DNA from: Okeania sp.
GTDB taxonomy: Bacteria; Cyanobacteriota; Cyanobacteriia; Cyanobacteriales; Microcoleaceae
Direction: 5' to 3'
Length of the DNA stretch: 16,336 bases
Assembly (NCBI RefSeq): GCF_035285525.1
Contig: NZ_JAYKGW010000228.1
Span: 1 to 16,336, forward strand
The notes beneath the pieces are model-generated. The model was not told where the DNA came from. It did not search any database and saw only the letters and a list, made by a program, of their open reading frames with translations. A program made the position numbers and the translations under genes. Within the stretch, counting starts at the first letter, position 1, and each line of letters opens with the position of its first letter. Shown one piece after another: positions 14,493 to 16,336 of the stretch.

Positions 14493-15374
14493 TTAAAATA
14501 TTAAACCTGTAATCATCCCAGCTAATAAGATAAAACCAATCCAAACATTTTGTTTAAATATTTGAGGATAAGGTTTTAAAATATCTTCTTGCTGTAATTT
14601 TCTATATTGAGTAAACCAAAAAATTGTAGCAATTCCTAGAGCTATCCAAAAGCCAATATGTAGCTTCATTTCTATTCCTAATAACCCTAATAAAACAGCA
14701 GTTAAAAAGAAAAATATTCCTACAGCATTAGTCACATATTCACCAAAAAATAGAGCGCTAGAATTAACTCCTAAAGTTCGGTCATCTTCGCGATCGCTCA
14801 TGGCATAAACTGTATCAAAACCTAATGTCCAAACAATTGTTGCACCCCATAATATCCAGGTGGCAGTATCCAACTTGGCAACAGCAGCACTCCAACTAAT
14901 TAATACGGCGAAACCCCAAGCAATAGATAATACTAATTGGGGTATTGAAAAAAACCGTTTGGCTAAAGGATAACAGATAATTACCGGAACTGCTGCTACA
15001 GATAGCCAAAAACTGAGGGGGTTGAGGTATAGAGCGATGACTCCCGCGCAAGCAAGGGCGATAATGGCAATAATAATACCTGTTTGAATAGTCAGTGCGC
15101 GGGAGGCAAGGGGGCGATCGCGAGTTCTTTCGACTTGTGGATCGATGTTTCTATCCCACAGATCGTTAATTACACAACCGGCAGCACTGGTAGCAAAGGT
15201 TCCGACTACTATTACTCCGACTAATGGTATGGGTGGCATGGCATGAGTAGCTAAAAATACTGCCCACAAGGCAGGAATCATTAAAATAAAACGTCCAGCA
15301 GGTTTATCCCATCTTAGAAGTTTGATGACTTTTGTTAAGGTTGATTGTGATTGAGTTGGATCAATTTGTGTCAT
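14493..15374 (-). CDS. ubiA: 4-hydroxybenzoate polyprenyl(solanesyl)transferase, UbiA family (plastoquinone pathway in cyanobacteria)
   Basis: 293-aa polytopic ORF with LLRWDKPAGRFILMIPALWAV, the first Asp-rich motif NDLWDRNIDPQVERTRDRPLASR and the second, YAMSDREDD. Confidence 0.93.
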   Translation of the reverse strand: MTQIDPTQSQSTLTKVIKLLRWDKPAGRFILMIPALWAVFLATHAMPPIPLVGVIVVGTFATSAAGCVINDLWDRNIDPQVERTRDRPLASRALTIQTGIIIAIIALACAGVIALYLNPLSFWLSVAAVPVIICYPLAKRFFSIPQLVLSIAWGFAVLISWSAAVAKLDTATWILWGATIVWTLGFDTVYAMSDREDDRTLGVNSSALFFGEYVTNAVGIFFFLTAVLLGLLGIEMKLHIGFWIALGIATIFWFTQYRKLQQEDILKPYPQIFKQNVWIGFILLAGMITGLIF

Positions 15375-15455
15375 GTTATTTATTAATTATTAGTTATTAT
15401 CTTAGTCTAGTATAGTTATCATAAGAAATAATAGTAAAATGTTATTTTTAATTGT

Positions 15456-15637
15456 AAGCATTCAGCTATTAGCCGTCAGCTATTAGCAATAATAATCTAT
15501 GTTTAAGGATAGGTTTTAAGTGAATATAGACTTTAGAGCTAACTTTTATAGTAAAATTTTTTGTTTCTAAATCAATAAAGCTTTTAGTGAGTGATAAAAA
15601 CAATAGCTGATAGCTGATGGCTGACGGCTGAATGCTT
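15456..15637. repeat. Inverted blocks of TCAGC/TTAGC heptamers bounding ~113 bp
   Basis: The left block is aagcattcagctattagccgtcagctattagc. The right block is caatagctgatagctgatggctgacggctgaatgctt. The outermost 11 nt (aagcattcagc / gctgaatgctt) are perfectly complementary. Confidence 0.8.
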
Positions 15638-15646
15638 ACTTTATAA

Positions 15647-16336
15647 TTAGCTAAATTCTTTGAAGAAATTTTTGTCAATTTCATAAACAGTTTTAGGTAT
15701 TAAACCAAGTTCTAATTTTTCAAACATTAGAATTAATTTATTAGCATCTACTGATTATATGGGTGGTACTCCATCTCTAACAGTTTCTCTGCGAGCTTCA
15801 CGAGTAAATGTTCCAGTTGTAATAAATATACCTTTATCTGCTCTCCCCATTATTGCTCCACGAAAATCACGAATTTCTGGCGCTCCTACCGAACCAATAT
15901 AACGTTTACACTGAAATAAAACAAGAATATTTATTAATAAATTAATCTGTAATATTCCTTTGCTATCAATACCACCGTCTCTACTTCTAGCTGTAATTTA
16001 TACTTGTTGAAATCCAGATTCTCGTAGTAGTCTTTGACAGAGATGTTCAAAACCTATTGGTGAAATATTTTTAATAGTTTCTAATAATTATTGACGATAA
16101 TTTATGAAACTATTTTTGTTTGAGTCGGGAGCTGTAATATTATCTTCATCTGCATATGTTTCTAATTCTTTATTAATCGGATCGTTTATATTTTCTTGAC
16201 GAAAGCTTTGTTGAATTTTCTGAAATATTTCCAGAAATTTTTTAGGTGTAATGTCTGAATTAATTCCAGCTTCTGTTAACTTCCAAATTCCTCAAAAAGA
16301 GGAATCAATATATCCAGCTTTAACTAAATAAAATGT
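15647..16336 (-). pseudogene. mrr: Mrr-type restriction endonuclease pseudogene (N-terminus beyond window) with four in-frame stop codons
   Basis: Manual reverse translation gives LVKAGYIDSSF*GIWKLTEAG...NSFINYRQ*LLETIKNISPIGFEHLCQRLLRESGFQQV*ITARSRDGGIDSKGILQ...VLFQCKRYIGSVGAPEIRDFRGAIMGRADKGIFITTGTFTREARRETVRDGVPPI*SVDANKLILMFEKLELGLIPKTVYEIDKNFFKEFS*. The Mrr_N winged-helix and Mrr_cat (D...QCK) motifs are preserved. The stops lie at 16292-16294, 16088-16090, 15998-16000 and 15755-15757. Confidence 0.85.

Noticed and set aside
15469-15684. 71-aa minus-strand ORF
   Set aside because: It is composed largely of the heptamer inverted-repeat blocks (translation ...SAISYQLLFL...) and overlaps the tail of the Mrr pseudogene, making it a repeat artefact.
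15647-16336. Stop-codon reassignment or readthrough as an explanation for the four in-frame stops in the Mrr frame
   Set aside because: TAA, TAG and TGA all function as ordinary terminators of the well-supported genes in this window. Both TGA and TAA are involved, so simple pseudogenisation is far more parsimonious.

Overview
The window reads as a chromosomal segment of an AT-rich filamentous, Nostocales-like cyanobacterium. That placement is an inference from 7-nt STRR-type tandem repeats, GTAGGGG...CCCCTAC hairpin families and gene content. Core genes are: a partial large DUF4347/subtilisin-S8/cadherin-repeat protein (1-2218, minus strand, absent from the supplied ORF track because it is open at the window edge), a CPBP intramembrane protease, a tandem histidine phosphatase, two diverged class-I dihydroorotase-like amidohydrolases flanking signal peptidase I, a GT2 glycosyltransferase, and 4-hydroxybenzoate polyprenyltransferase (ubiA). 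Interspersed elements are: an orphan IS630-type transposase HTH fragment, a 3 x 69-bp hairpin tandem array, many 7- and 9-nt tandem repeats, and palindromic SDR/MITE-like elements. There is also a 183-bp near-perfect direct repeat that copies the last 20 nt of a CDS plus a strong promoter-like motif, a decayed PIN-domain toxin gene, and an Mrr restriction-endonuclease pseudogene with four in-frame stops and no frameshift. I do not see an intact, coherent multi-gene novel system. The most unusual stretch is the AT-rich, largely non-coding accessory segment at about 11.27-14.49 kb, which holds the duplicated promoter module, the toxin remnant, an orphan GT2 and an IR-bounded 121-nt element. All homology calls come from motif recognition by eye, not from database searches.
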